A stretch of 64,000 nt of DNA from Sphaerodactylus townsendi (Eukaryota), in assembly GCF_021028975.2 (NCBI RefSeq), contig NC_059438.1:35960001-36024000 (forward strand), read 5' to 3'. Positions within the stretch are counted from its first letter, which is position 1; every line of letters starts with the position of its first letter. Made by a program: the position numbers and the translations under genes. Below the pieces are notes generated by a model, which was given only the letters and a program-made list of their open reading frames with translations, searched no databases and had not been told where the DNA came from. Below, one piece after another: positions 35,345 to 46,189 of this stretch.

Positions 35345-35814
35345 TAAGAACATAAGAACTAGCCTGCTGGATCAGACCAGAGTCCATCTAGTCCAGCACT
35401 CTGCTACTCACAGTGGCCCACCAGGTGCCTTCGGGAGCTCATGTGCAGGATGTGAAAGCAATGGCCTTCTGCTGCTGCTGCTGCTGCTGCTCCCAAGCAC
35501 CTGGTCTGCTAAGGCATTTGCAATCTCAGATCAAGGAGGATCAAGATTGGTAGCCATAGACCGACTTCTCCTCCATAAATCTGTCCAAGCCCCTTTTAAA
35601 GCTATCCAGGTGAGTGGTCATCACCACCTCCTGAGGCAGCATATTCCAAACACCAATCACACGTTGCGTGAAGAAGTGTTTCCTTTTATTAGTCCTAATT
35701 CTTCCCCCCAGCATTTTCAATGAATGCCCCCTGGTTCTAGTATTGTGAGAAAGAGAGAAAAATTTCTCTGTGTCGACATTTTCTACCCCATGCATAATTT
35801 TATAGACTTCAATC
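35345..35814 (-). mobile_element. 5'-truncated CR1 LINE (end of ORF2 plus 3' UTR)
   Basis: IEVYKIMHGVENVDTEKFFSLSHNTRTRGHSLK...FFTQRVIGVWN; 3' (TTCTTATG)n tail. Confidence 0.92.
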
Positions 35815-36545
35815 CTGTACTGCACTCTTGCAGGCAAAATATTGCCTCGTGTTTACATCACCATACCATGACCCACTCTCCCCTCAGGGTGGACATTTTG
35901 GGAAAGGCAAAAACCCAATTCCATGTTCTTTTTCGGTTGATTGTGCAAAACACACGGATAAGAGGATGCACTTTTTATAGAAAGCCTTTTACACTTTCAT
36001 TATAAACAACAATAGTTCCTGCCACACGAATAGTTAAAGAATAAAACATCACAGAAAAAGAAGCACATTTTCCAAGTGCCAAGTTGGAGATACTGAAGGA
36101 GGCACACATACAGTCCCTTACGGAATCTGGTCAGCTCACATAAAGAAAGGAAGAAAAAATAATGTACAGGAAATAGTTTTCCCACTGCAGGAGTACGGTG
36201 ATGGATTCTTCTACTTATTTCATTACCTGAGTGGGAATTTTATAACCCATTAGCTGTTACCAACACTGTGCAACAAAGGAAACTTTCTTCTACACATTTT
36301 TGAGAGCAAATGTAAGTGCCCACTGGATGCTAGCTTAAGATGCTAGCGGCAGAAACGGGAGGGTGGGGGGAAGCATTAAGGGATTTGTAGGGCTTGGCTG
36401 GCAACCCCCCCCCCCTTCCGCTCTTCTCTTAGTACTCACATGGCTTCTACAGCTGAGATGTTCCTTATACCTCCACCTGTTTTCAAATCACTGCTTTAGG
36501 CAGCACCTGTGCAGTTTAAAATCTCATCCACAATCCTGGCTAGAA

Positions 36546-37008
36546 CAGTGATGGCGAACCTTTTCGAGACCGAGTGCCCAAATTGCAACCCAAACCCCAC
36601 TTATTTATCGCAAAGTGCCAACACGGCAATTTAACCTGAATTCTGAGGTTTTCGTTTAGAAAAAAACGGTTGGCTCCCTCTTCCTCCCCGCTCAAGCAGG
36701 GGCCAGCCTGCTGTAGCCTCCAGCAAGTCCCGTGCCTCTCTAGCATCTCTGCCTCCTCTGTGCCCCCCCCCCTCGGGCAGCAGTCACCTGGAGCACAGGC
36801 ACCAGGCCCGCCAGCCAAGTCCTCCCTGCTCACTACGGTGTGCGCACATCATGCTCAGTGGCCCAGGCCAGCCTAGATCAATGTGTGTGTAGTGGTAATG
36901 GGGCAGTGAATTTTCCACCACATGAGCAAACTCTGTGATAGCGGCGTGCCCACAGAGAGGGCTCCGAGTGCCACCTCTGGCACCTGTGCCATAGGTTCGC
37001 TATCACTG
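36546..37008. mobile_element. Non-autonomous hAT element
   Basis: TIRs cagtgatggcgaacc/ggttcgctatcactg; TSD ggctagaa. Confidence 0.88.
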
Positions 37009-38509
37009 GGCTAGAATGACATATGTTTAAATCTCTCTTATCCAAAACATATTTGCTTGGGAACTGGGCACATGGATTTACACAACCTACTTCCAAGTAA
37101 AGCCGCCTGAGATCCCCTCACTTCATAAGGACCTACTCCTCTGGAGCAGCAAAAAGAGACCCCAGTCGAAAATGAATGTTATTAACTATCATGGGGAATC
37201 GTATGCATGCATGGGGAATCGTATACATATAATTTCCTCCTTGGACAAGGAAAGCAAAGCAATGCATACAACATCCTCCAGTGAACGAAGTAGCTTCTTG
37301 CATTGCACGGTCTGTCTGCAAATCTCACTTGGACCCTCCTGACTTGAGGATATACGGAAATGTTCAATGTACTGTAACTGCAGTTAATGTAGTTTCAGAA
37401 GGTGTGACAATTGGCTTTAAGTTCTCCCCATACCAATTTCACATAAATGGGCTGCCTGTTGCCAAACACATTTAATAGACACACGTGACAGGAAAGTAGT
37501 AGCCTTTCATTCATGAAGTATACACGGCTCCTTTAGGTTACTGTTGAAGGACAAGCCCCGCGTGATGTTTTACAAAAGAAATTGCATTTAGAATTTTAGG
37601 TAGATTTTTTAAAATCCTAAATCTCATATCTATTTAATTCTTTCTTATTTATAAATTGCCTTTTTTCCTGCACTGTATATTGAGGTGGCGTTTTTACAGT
37701 CCTAAAATATTACCTGCAACGAAACCATAAACACACATGAATCACGATCAAATTCTAAAAACACTGTAAATGGACACAATCCAGCCCAAATCAAACACTT
37801 CTAAATTCCATTTTTTCAGTGAGAAAGCTAAGCATCTGCCTATTGCAATAAAAAGGTTTTAAAGGTGCTCATGTTCACTGTAACACAACATATAAAACAG
37901 CAGCATAAAACTATAAAACAGCAGCAATAGTTAACGTTCACCAGATTCCAGTTGGAGAAAAGTTTCCCCCCACGGTTTCCCCCTGTTTCTGAAAAGGCAC
38001 TTTCAAGATGGTGCAAACATCACCCAAAGAAAGCTCTGAGAAGAACTTTAGTGGAAGTGCTTTATTTGGAAGGACCAAGCTTTGCTGAATATTTCCCAGT
38101 AGTTTATGAGAACAAATCAGCCCAAGTAAAAATGCTAGATTATTTTAAGTACATTGAATGTAGGTTAAAATGGTTGCTTTCTCTGCTCATACTGAGAGTG
38201 AAACCACTGAACACAGTGGAACTTCCAATCAGGGATATAACTATGTACAGGGGCACCTGGGACTGAGCCATTGATAAACCTGACCTCCATGAAAATATCT
38301 AATTGTTTCAAAGCCATCTCATGGCCCACACTGGAATTCATTTATAAATGTTATATTTAATATTATATTATTATAATATTATAACATGTTATATTTAATG
38401 AGCATCTGTATCCCACCTTTCCTCAGGTCTCAACGCATGTATAATTAAGAACCATAAAAACTAATTTCTCTGTCAACCAAATAAAGCCTAATAACATGCA
38501 TTTTTTTCC

Positions 38510-38697
38510 TGTCAAATCACAGTTGATTTATGGTGATCCCACAGGGTCTTCAACGCAAGATACATTCAGAGGTGGTTTGCCATTGCCTGCCTCCACATCC
38601 CGACCCTGGTATTCCTTGGAGGTGTGTTTCCCATCCAAATATTCACCAGGGCCCACCTTCCTTAGCTTCCAAGATCTGATATTAGGCTCTCTTGGGC
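38510..38697 (-). mobile_element. 5S rRNA-derived SINE with Sauria/RTE-like tail
   Basis: Minus strand atcagatcttggaagctaag...tatttggatggga...ccaaggaataccaggg (5S-like), followed by gcaatggcaaaccacctctgaatg. Confidence 0.7.
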
Positions 38698-39144
38698 AAT
38701 AAAATGCTTGAAATCTACACTTCAATGTAATGCTCAGGCAGAGTTATGCCCTTTAAAACCCATGGACTTCAGGCAGAGGTCTGCCTCTGTTTAGGATTTC
38801 ACTGTTTAGGATTTCACCTGTTCACTGTGTGGAAAAGGGTTTTGGGGTTTTTTGCCAGTTCTGAACCTTGTACAGGTGAGCTTTATTGGGTGATTCCAAG
38901 AGTGGGAGAGAAACATTCTCTCCCAGTTAAGAATATACGTGAATCTCAGCTGCATAAAGGACTGCTCCAGGGCCCCTCCCGACAGGCAGGCTCGACCACC
39001 TATCAGACCAGCTCACATCTTGCATGAGCAAAAGCCTATTCATGGGCTTGCTTTTTGCCTACGCTGATGGTAGTAAACTGTGCACAATAACCCCCACCCA
39101 CGATTGCTAATGCCTCGCTGTAGTTTGCTGTCAATTGTTTAAAT

Positions 39145-39279
39145 CATAGGTGTCAAACTCGCGGCCCTCCAGATGTTATGGACTACAATTCCCAACATCC
39201 CCTGCCAGCATCATGCTGGCAGGGGATGATGGGAACTGTAGTCCATAATATCTGGAGGGCCGCGAGTTCGACACCTATG
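39145..39279. mobile_element. hAT palindromic MITE
   Basis: cataggtgtcaaac...gttcgacacctatg; TSD gtttaaat. Confidence 0.9.
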
Positions 39280-39800
39280 GTTTAAATGAAAATGAGCAAA
39301 TCATATGGAATGAGTCCAAGGTAGTTTCCGCAGTAGAGTGGGCTTGTGTGGTTTTGCAGTTGCTGGTACAGCAGCTAATAAAGTGTAGTGGCAAACAGCC
39401 CCCCCCCCCACACAGTTTCTCTCCCCCAACCCCCTGGAGGGGACACTGGAAGTGACAACACTGTGTTGCCGGTGACATCATCACATCACCAGCAAGGGCA
39501 CCCACCTGATTGGTGGCTCTTTCACTAACGGTTGCCAGTCACGCGCCGGCAACTCTCTGGGGAAGATATTTTTGTGGTGGCACACCCAGAAATCCAAAGG
39601 TGCCTACAGGCTGGAAACGATTGGGAAGCCCAGCTCTAGCCTCTTTCCTTGTGGAGATATTTCTTTAATTCCTGTATCTCCTGAAAAGAAGAGGCTAGAG
39701 ACTTACTAAAAAAACCCCTGAAAACTCAGAAAACTGTTACACCTACTGTTTCAACAGCATATTGACATAAAAATATTGTAGTGACTGAAAAAATAAAATA

Positions 39801-39819
39801 AACGCCCCCTGGTGGCAGG
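39801..39819 (-). promoter_or_regulatory. Consensus CTCF motif in apparently unique spacer DNA
   Basis: cgccccctggtggc (39803-39816) reads GCCACCAGGGGGCG on the minus strand, the same orientation as the CSEs. Confidence 0.65.
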
Positions 39820-40137
39820 GGGATGAAAATGGCTGTTGCAAGGTTAGGGTCAGGGGAATCGGCTGCCTTATGGGAGGAACCGGGGAATCCAAATTTTTCC
39901 ACACACACAGCATCTACTCAGATTTCACCGTGATTTCCCCCCAAACTGTGGAGCAAAGCAGGTTTTGGAAAGAATGGAAACACCAGGGAAAACCTTGAGG
40001 CGCACAAATGTACCATGATGCTGTTGGGAAACAGAGAAAAACCTGCTTCATAATAGCATTGAACCTGGGGCGGATAACTGTTGTGGAAACAGCCATAAAG
40101 AAACAATTGTGATTTGATTTTAAAAAAACATTTGCTA

Positions 40138-40440
40138 GAAGAAGAGGAAGAAGAGTTTGGATTTATACCCACTCAGGACGCCCAGGACACTCAAGGCGGC
40201 TTACAAAAACCTTTCCCTTCCCCTCCCCACAACAGACCCTTGTGAGATAGGTGGGGCTGAGAGAGTTCTGAACAAACTGTGACTAGTCCAAGGTCACCCA
40301 ATAGGCTTCATGTGTAGGAGCGGGGAAACAAACCTGGTGCACCAGATAAGAGGCCATTGTTCATGGGGAGGAGTGGGGAATCAAACTCATTGCTCATGTG
40401 GAGGAGTCGGGAATCAAACCTGCTCCTAACTACAACACCA
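40138..40440 (-). mobile_element. Older Squam3-like SINE
   Basis: gaagaagagtttggatttata...gtgagataggtggggctgagagag...gtcaccca. Confidence 0.75.
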
Positions 40441-40729
40441 TTTGCTGTTTGATTTGGGCTGTCTGATCAACATTAACCATTGCTGATCCACGTGAATTTG
40501 CAGCACTTGCTTGTGGATAGTCCTATGACAGCTATAGTTTTCCATCCCAGCCATGCACATGTTAATTACTTGACCCAACTATCCTTATCCCTGAAGAAAA
40601 ATGGTGTGTTTTTTTTCTATTAGAGGTGGGCAGAATTCTGAAGTGGCAAGATTTTTCTAGCTTGTAGATTGACTGAAGAAATGCAGCAAGAAGTAACACA
40701 GTTAGTGACATCAAATGATTCTTATCCTT

Positions 40730-40870
40730 GGCTCATTCCACACATGCAGAATAATTCACTTTCAAACTGCTTTCAGCGCTCTTTGAAGCTGTGCGGAATA
40801 GCAAAATCCACTTGCAAACAGTTGTGAAAGTGGTTTGAAAACGCATTATTTTGAGTGTGCGGAAGGGGTC
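40730..40870. mobile_element. Harbinger-like 141-bp MITE
   Basis: ggctcattccacaca...tgtgcggaaggggtc; TSD ctt. Confidence 0.85.
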
Positions 40871-41679
40871 CTTCTTTACAGCTTCTGTGCCCTAACACAA
40901 CTGAGATCCCCCATTGGTGGCCAGAAGGGATCTAGCTACTATAGTAACATTTCAGAAAAAGAAGATTCACAGGCTCATGGTCCATCTAGTCCATCATCCT
41001 GTTTCACACAGCAGCTAACCAGTTGCCTCCTTAGTCTTTCCTCATAGAAAAGGTGCTCCAACTCCTCAACTGTCTTGTTCTTTCTCTTCTGCCCTGAAAA
41101 AGAGTAGCCCTGCAGTATCCTTTTCGACATGGCAACCAAAACTACACATAGTATTCCAAATGAGGTGGCACCAAAGATCTGTACAGTGACACTACAATAT
41201 TGGCCATGTTATTTTCAAACCCTTTTCTACCTCATAAGTTGCTCTTGCCATAGATCTACACAGGGCATTACAATTTTGGCCATCTAATTTTCAGCATCAT
41301 TTTCTACTTCTAGGCTTCATTCATGGTTTTTTAAACCCCCTCCCCCCAAACAGCATTATGCTTTAAATTTACAAAACAAAGGCACATACTTGGGATTTCC
41401 TACCAGTTGTGTTATGAACATACACTTTTGCTCAAGAGCAAAATAATGGCTTTGTAGGATCAGATCGGAATGTATCTAGCCTAGCACTTTTTGCAAGAAT
41501 TTGAGAATCATCAGAAGAAGGTAAGGCAATGTTCCAGCAGTCACCCTCAGAAAAGAATTGTGCTGTGGGACCAGGAAAGTTCAGTGAAGGATGAGGTAAA
41601 TAAAATAATGTGATATAGAATCCAAGAAGTGAAATGCTGCGCATTATAGATTATCTACAATGAGATCTACAATAGATTA

Positions 41680-43181
41680 TTTAAATAAAATCTGGGGTCC
41701 CCGGTTAAAACAAAATTGAAAGTGACGCTGTTTGGGGGTGGATTCTCTCCCACCCTGAAACAGCATCACTTTTGAGGGTTGGAGATTCAGCTGAAACAAA
41801 TAGCAGATTCGGCTGGAATCTGGGCAAATTTGGGCACATTCAGACAAAAATTGTCCGATTATGTCCTGCCCAAAAATTAACAAATGCGAATGCAAAGTAT
41901 TTGGGTTTTGGGGGGTATTTTTGGTGTTTTTTTCAGCCTGCAGGGAGCACATTTTTAAAGCTAGCGGCACCATGATTTCAGGGCATCATCCAGAGACTGC
42001 CCTGATGATACCACCCAAGTTTGGCGATGTTTGGTTCAGGGGCAGCAAAGTTATGGACGCCCAAATGGAATGCCCCCATCCCCACTGTTTTCAATGGGAG
42101 CTAACCTGAGATGGGGGCTACCCATTTGAGGGACCATAACTTGGGTTCCTTTGAACATAACTTCACCAAACTTGGGTGGCATCATAAGAATAGTTAACAC
42201 ATGATACCCTGAAATTTTGGTGTCACTAGCTTTAAAAATACATCCCTTCCAGGCACCCCAAGAAATTTGCCCAAGATTCTTTGTTTTGCAGTGACTTTGC
42301 TCCATTGTGGAATTTCTGAGGCAGGCTGCACATTTTTGAAGATAGGGGCACCAGACTTTCAAGGTGGCTCCAATAGGCCTTGAGTAATAGCATCCAATCT
42401 TGGTGAGCTTTGCTTCTGGGTGAAGGGGGGGAGTTGAGAGAGTTCTGAGAGAACTCAGCCCACAGGCTTTCATGTGCAGGAGCGGGGAAACAAAATAAGC
42501 CTTTTGGGGGCCCATAAAATTGAACCCTCAGAAGGTCTCCAAACCTGGATGCTATTACCAGGAGGCCCTCCTAGAGCCACCCTGAAAGTCTGGTGCCTCT
42601 ATCTTCAAAAATGTGCAGCCTGCCTACACACTCAGAAATTCCCCATTGGCTACAATGGAGCAAAGTCACTGCAAAACAAAGAATCTTGGGCAAATTCCTT
42701 GGGGTGCCTGGAAGGGGTGTATTTTTAAAGCTAGTGACACCAAATTTTCAGGGTATCACCTGTTAACTATTCTTATGATGCCACCCAAGTTTGGTGAAGT
42801 TATGTTCAGGGGAACCAAAGTTATGGTCCCTCAAATGGGTAGCCCCCATCTCCTGTTAGCTTCCATTGAAAACAATGGGGATGGGGGCACCCCATTTGGG
42901 GGTCCATAACTTTGCTTCCCCTAAACCAAGCTTTTATCCTGAAATTTGGAGTGGTATCATCAGAGACAATCTCTGGAAGATAGTGGTACATCCTGAAATT
43001 TTGAATTGCCCAATAGCCTTAAAAAGGCGCCCCTACGAGGCCGGTGCAACTGATGAAAAAAACACTTAAAAAATTTAAAAACACACAAACGACCCTGAAA
43101 TGTTGGCGCCCCCCCACGTGACCAAATGGGGGGCGCCCGGGGACAAAGGGTACCCCCTGTCCCTAGGCAGGAACGCCACTG
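41680..43181. mobile_element. Large non-autonomous DNA-transposon-like repeat with an internal fold-back of about 360 bp (about 42050-42410 vs 42535-42912)
   Basis: Opposite-strand ORF-track peptides are nearly identical (MEQSHCKTKNLGQI-WGAWKGCIFKASDTK); right end cctaggcaggaacgccactg looks like a hAT TIR. Confidence 0.6.
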
Positions 43182-43391
43182 CTCACACAGATGGGATGTG
43201 GTGTTACTCATTGCTATCTTCGACTTTGGGAGCAAGAATTCTCAGGGTAAGAGATTCACAAGATGAAGAAGGATACAACACAATATCCTTTTGGGGGGTA
43301 GACTTTCATACAACATCTTCTATCTCGGGGTCCCCAAACCTTTTGAGTGTGCAAGCACCTTTGAATTCTGACACAGCATAGTGGGAACATC

Positions 43392-44204
43392 CAGAGGTGG
43401 GATCCAGCAGGTTCTCACCAGTTCCCGAGAGTGGGTTACTAATTATTTGTGTGTGCTGAGAGGGGGTTACTAATTGGGTCCGCTTTTCCATCTCCCCGCC
43501 CTCACCTCCCCGAGAGGCATCCTGCCTTTGAACGTGAAGGTTCCATATAGCAATTGCGACTAATAATGTAACTCCCTGAACTGGGTTAATCCCTTTCAGG
43601 TACTGCAATTCATGGATTCTCAGCCTTTTGTACCTGTTATTTCACCAGTCTCTATCAAAGAACCTGTGTGTTTCACCATTGCTGTGTTCAGATTTGTGAG
43701 TTGGGGCATTTTCTATAATGTGATGATGATTTAGAAATGACCTGGTGCAAAAAAAAAAATTGGGGGGGGGGTGGAGTGGTGGGGTGGCTGCCCATGGGGG
43801 GGGCATCCAACTCAGGTTTTGCCCAGGGCTCAGGTTTGCCTAGGTACGCCTCTGCCCCCTTAAGAACATAAGAACATAAAAACTAGCCTGCTGGATCAGA
43901 CCAGAGTCCATCTAGTCCAGCACTCTGCTACTCGCAGTGGCCCACCAGGTGCCTTTGGGAGCTCACATGCAGGAGGTGAAAGCAATGGCCTTCTGCTGCT
44001 GCTGCTTCTGAGCACCTGGTCTGCTAAGGCATTTGCAATCTGAGATCAAGGTGGATCAAGATTGATAGCCATAGATCAACTTCTCCTCCATAAATCTGTC
44101 CAAACCCTTTTTAAAGCTAACCAGGTTAGTGGCCATCACCACCCCTTTGCTGAGAGGGGGCTGGCAAGGGAACCTGTTACTAAAATTTTTGGATCCCACC
44201 ACTG
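43392..44204. mobile_element. Composite hAT element carrying a nested CR1 3' end and other captured pieces
   Basis: TIRs cagaggtgggatcc/ggatcccaccactg; TSD ggaacatc at 43384-43391 and 44205-44212; itself inside an older hAT remnant starting at about 43326. Confidence 0.85.
43861..44143 (-). mobile_element. CR1 LINE 3' fragment
   Basis: taagaacataagaacata tail; VVMATNLVSFKKGLDRFMEEK on the minus strand. Confidence 0.88.
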
Positions 44205-44599
44205 GGAACATCCTCTGAACGACTCGCACAAAATAGCCACTGCAGGATGTGGAGCCAGTCACAAAGTGGCGGCTATAGTTTACCTCCAGCCACACAGCAA
44301 AGAACCTTGTGTGTGGTGGGAGCTGATGCCAAAGCAATTGGAAAAAAAAATGTGCACAAGCAATTGAGTCTTCAAGTGCCAATCAGAAAGCCCTCATGGC
44401 TGGGCCCACTTCCCAAAAACACTTGGCTGGCACCAGGAAAGTTGTCAACAGTTGTCTTAGGTAACCACCGGGGCCACGTTGGGCAGCCTCGTCCTACCAT
44501 TTCATAATTCAGCAGAGTCCTTCCAGGTCAGTTGAGAACTCCATGCAAAATCTGTCAGGAAGCATCCTTCCACCAGTAGCTCCCAAACCTATTCAGCCA

Positions 44600-45045
44600 G
44601 CTTGTGACAACTACATTAAAAATTACCCGTCCTCAGTCCCAGAACCTGTCATTGGGGATCTGCTTGGATGTAGCCTGTACTTATCTGACAAAAGATCTCC
44701 TCTTCAAACACAAGGCCTTTTTCATCAAGCAAAATATCACCTGCGTGGCCAGTAATGTAATAATAAATGGTACACGTCAATGTCTTGGATGACAGATCCA
44801 GGATGTTGGGAAAACTCTAGCAGATAATTTGTGCCCATTTCAGAAATCACACGTTAGAAATCGCAGTGAAATAATCTTGAACCGACCGTTGCAAGATATT
44901 TTCGTGAAGGTGGCCACAGTTATTCAGACTTGGAAATATTCCCTGTAGAAACAAACAAAGGAGCTCCAATCTGGGACTCGAGAAGCAAAAGGGAACTTCA
45001 GGATATTCAGACCGAACACCACGTGGTCTCAGACTGGAAGATCAC
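44600..45045 (+). mobile_element. Degenerate Penelope-like GIY-YIG endonuclease remnant
   Basis: Pseudo-translation FFIKQNITCVASNVIINGTRQCLG*QIQDVGKT...FRNH...PTVARYFREGGHSYSDLEIFPVE fits the PLE endonuclease pattern ITCxSxNVIY..C..C..YVGxT..R..H..VAxHF..H. Confidence 0.55.
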
Positions 45046-45673
45046 GTGTGAACTTTTATTAACTTGTTCCTGGTTGGAAGACATTGAACCCACCCCTGTT
45101 TGAAATGAGGCACAAGCGTTTATTGGTGGGACCCAGTTCTAACCAAAAGCAGGTGAAACACACAGCAATGGTGAAACACACAGGTTCTTTGATAGAGACT
45201 GGTGAGATAAACCAGTATTTGGGGTCCTTAGAAGATCCCCTCACCTCCCTCTCATAGGCATCCATCACATGCTTCTGACCCCCACCTCCCCTCCCCCAGT
45301 TGAATGATATGAGATGAACTGGTCACTTTGGCAGGCTGAGGAGGAATTTTTTTTTGGCTCTCTCTCAGATTGGCACAGAAGTGGCCGTTTTGCCTGCTCC
45401 ATATTGTTTATACAGTGTGGGTTAATTAGGACTGGTTTGGGGACTAGACAGAGCATACGCTGGCTGAAATAGTGTGGGTTACCAGAGCATGGATAGGCTG
45501 AGTACCCTGAACCATCTGAGGATACCATTCCCTGTATCGCCCTACACTGAGTTGTGTGGCTGGGTGGATTGGGAAAGGGGCTGTGATGGACAGGAGGCTG
45601 TCCTGCCCCTGAAGGGAAAATCAGCCACTCAGACCAGCCCATAGGAGTGCTGCTCCAGAATCCATTCACCTTT

Positions 45674-45980
45674 GAGCAGCAGTGGCGTAGGAGGTTAAGA
45701 GCTCGTGTATCTAATCTGGAGGAACCGGGTTTGATTCCCAGCTCTGCCGCCTGAGCTGTGGAGGCTTATCTGGGGGATTCAGATTAGCCTGTACACTCCC
45801 ACACACACCAGCTGGGTGACCTTGGGCTAGTCACAGCTTCTCGGAGCTCTCTCAGCCCCACCCACCTCACAGGGTGTTTGTTGTGAGGGGGGGAAGGGCA
45901 AGGAGATTGTCAGCCCCTTTGAGTCTCCTACAGGAGAGAAAGGGGGGATATAAATCCAAACTCTTCTTCTTCTTCTTCTT
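45674..45980 (+). mobile_element. Young Squam3-like SINE
   Basis: Full head, CORE and (CTT)n tail; ctttgag at both ends. Confidence 0.87.
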
Positions 45981-46189
45981 TGAGAGGAGGAGGAGATGTT
46001 GGAGGGAACACAGGAGAAGGAGGGGCTGAACTCTGCCTCAGGGAGAGAGCAGGGAGAGCTCAGGCCAGGCTCAGGAAAAACAGCAGACAGAGCAAAGGGT
46101 AGCGTGGCAGAGTGGTTGAGTTCTATGGGAGAGAAAAGAGTGCTCAATTGTTAACCTGTCTCTGGTAATGAGCTGGTGTTGTGGCCAGG

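Noticed and set aside
38510-38697. 5S rRNA gene-like sequence (also at about 18690, 26575 and 29900)
   Set aside because: Partial, diverged and fused to a SINE tail, so SINE-derived rather than rRNA genes.
42051-42909. Two similar ORFs on opposite strands
   Set aside because: By-product of a non-coding inverted repeat; no recognisable domain.
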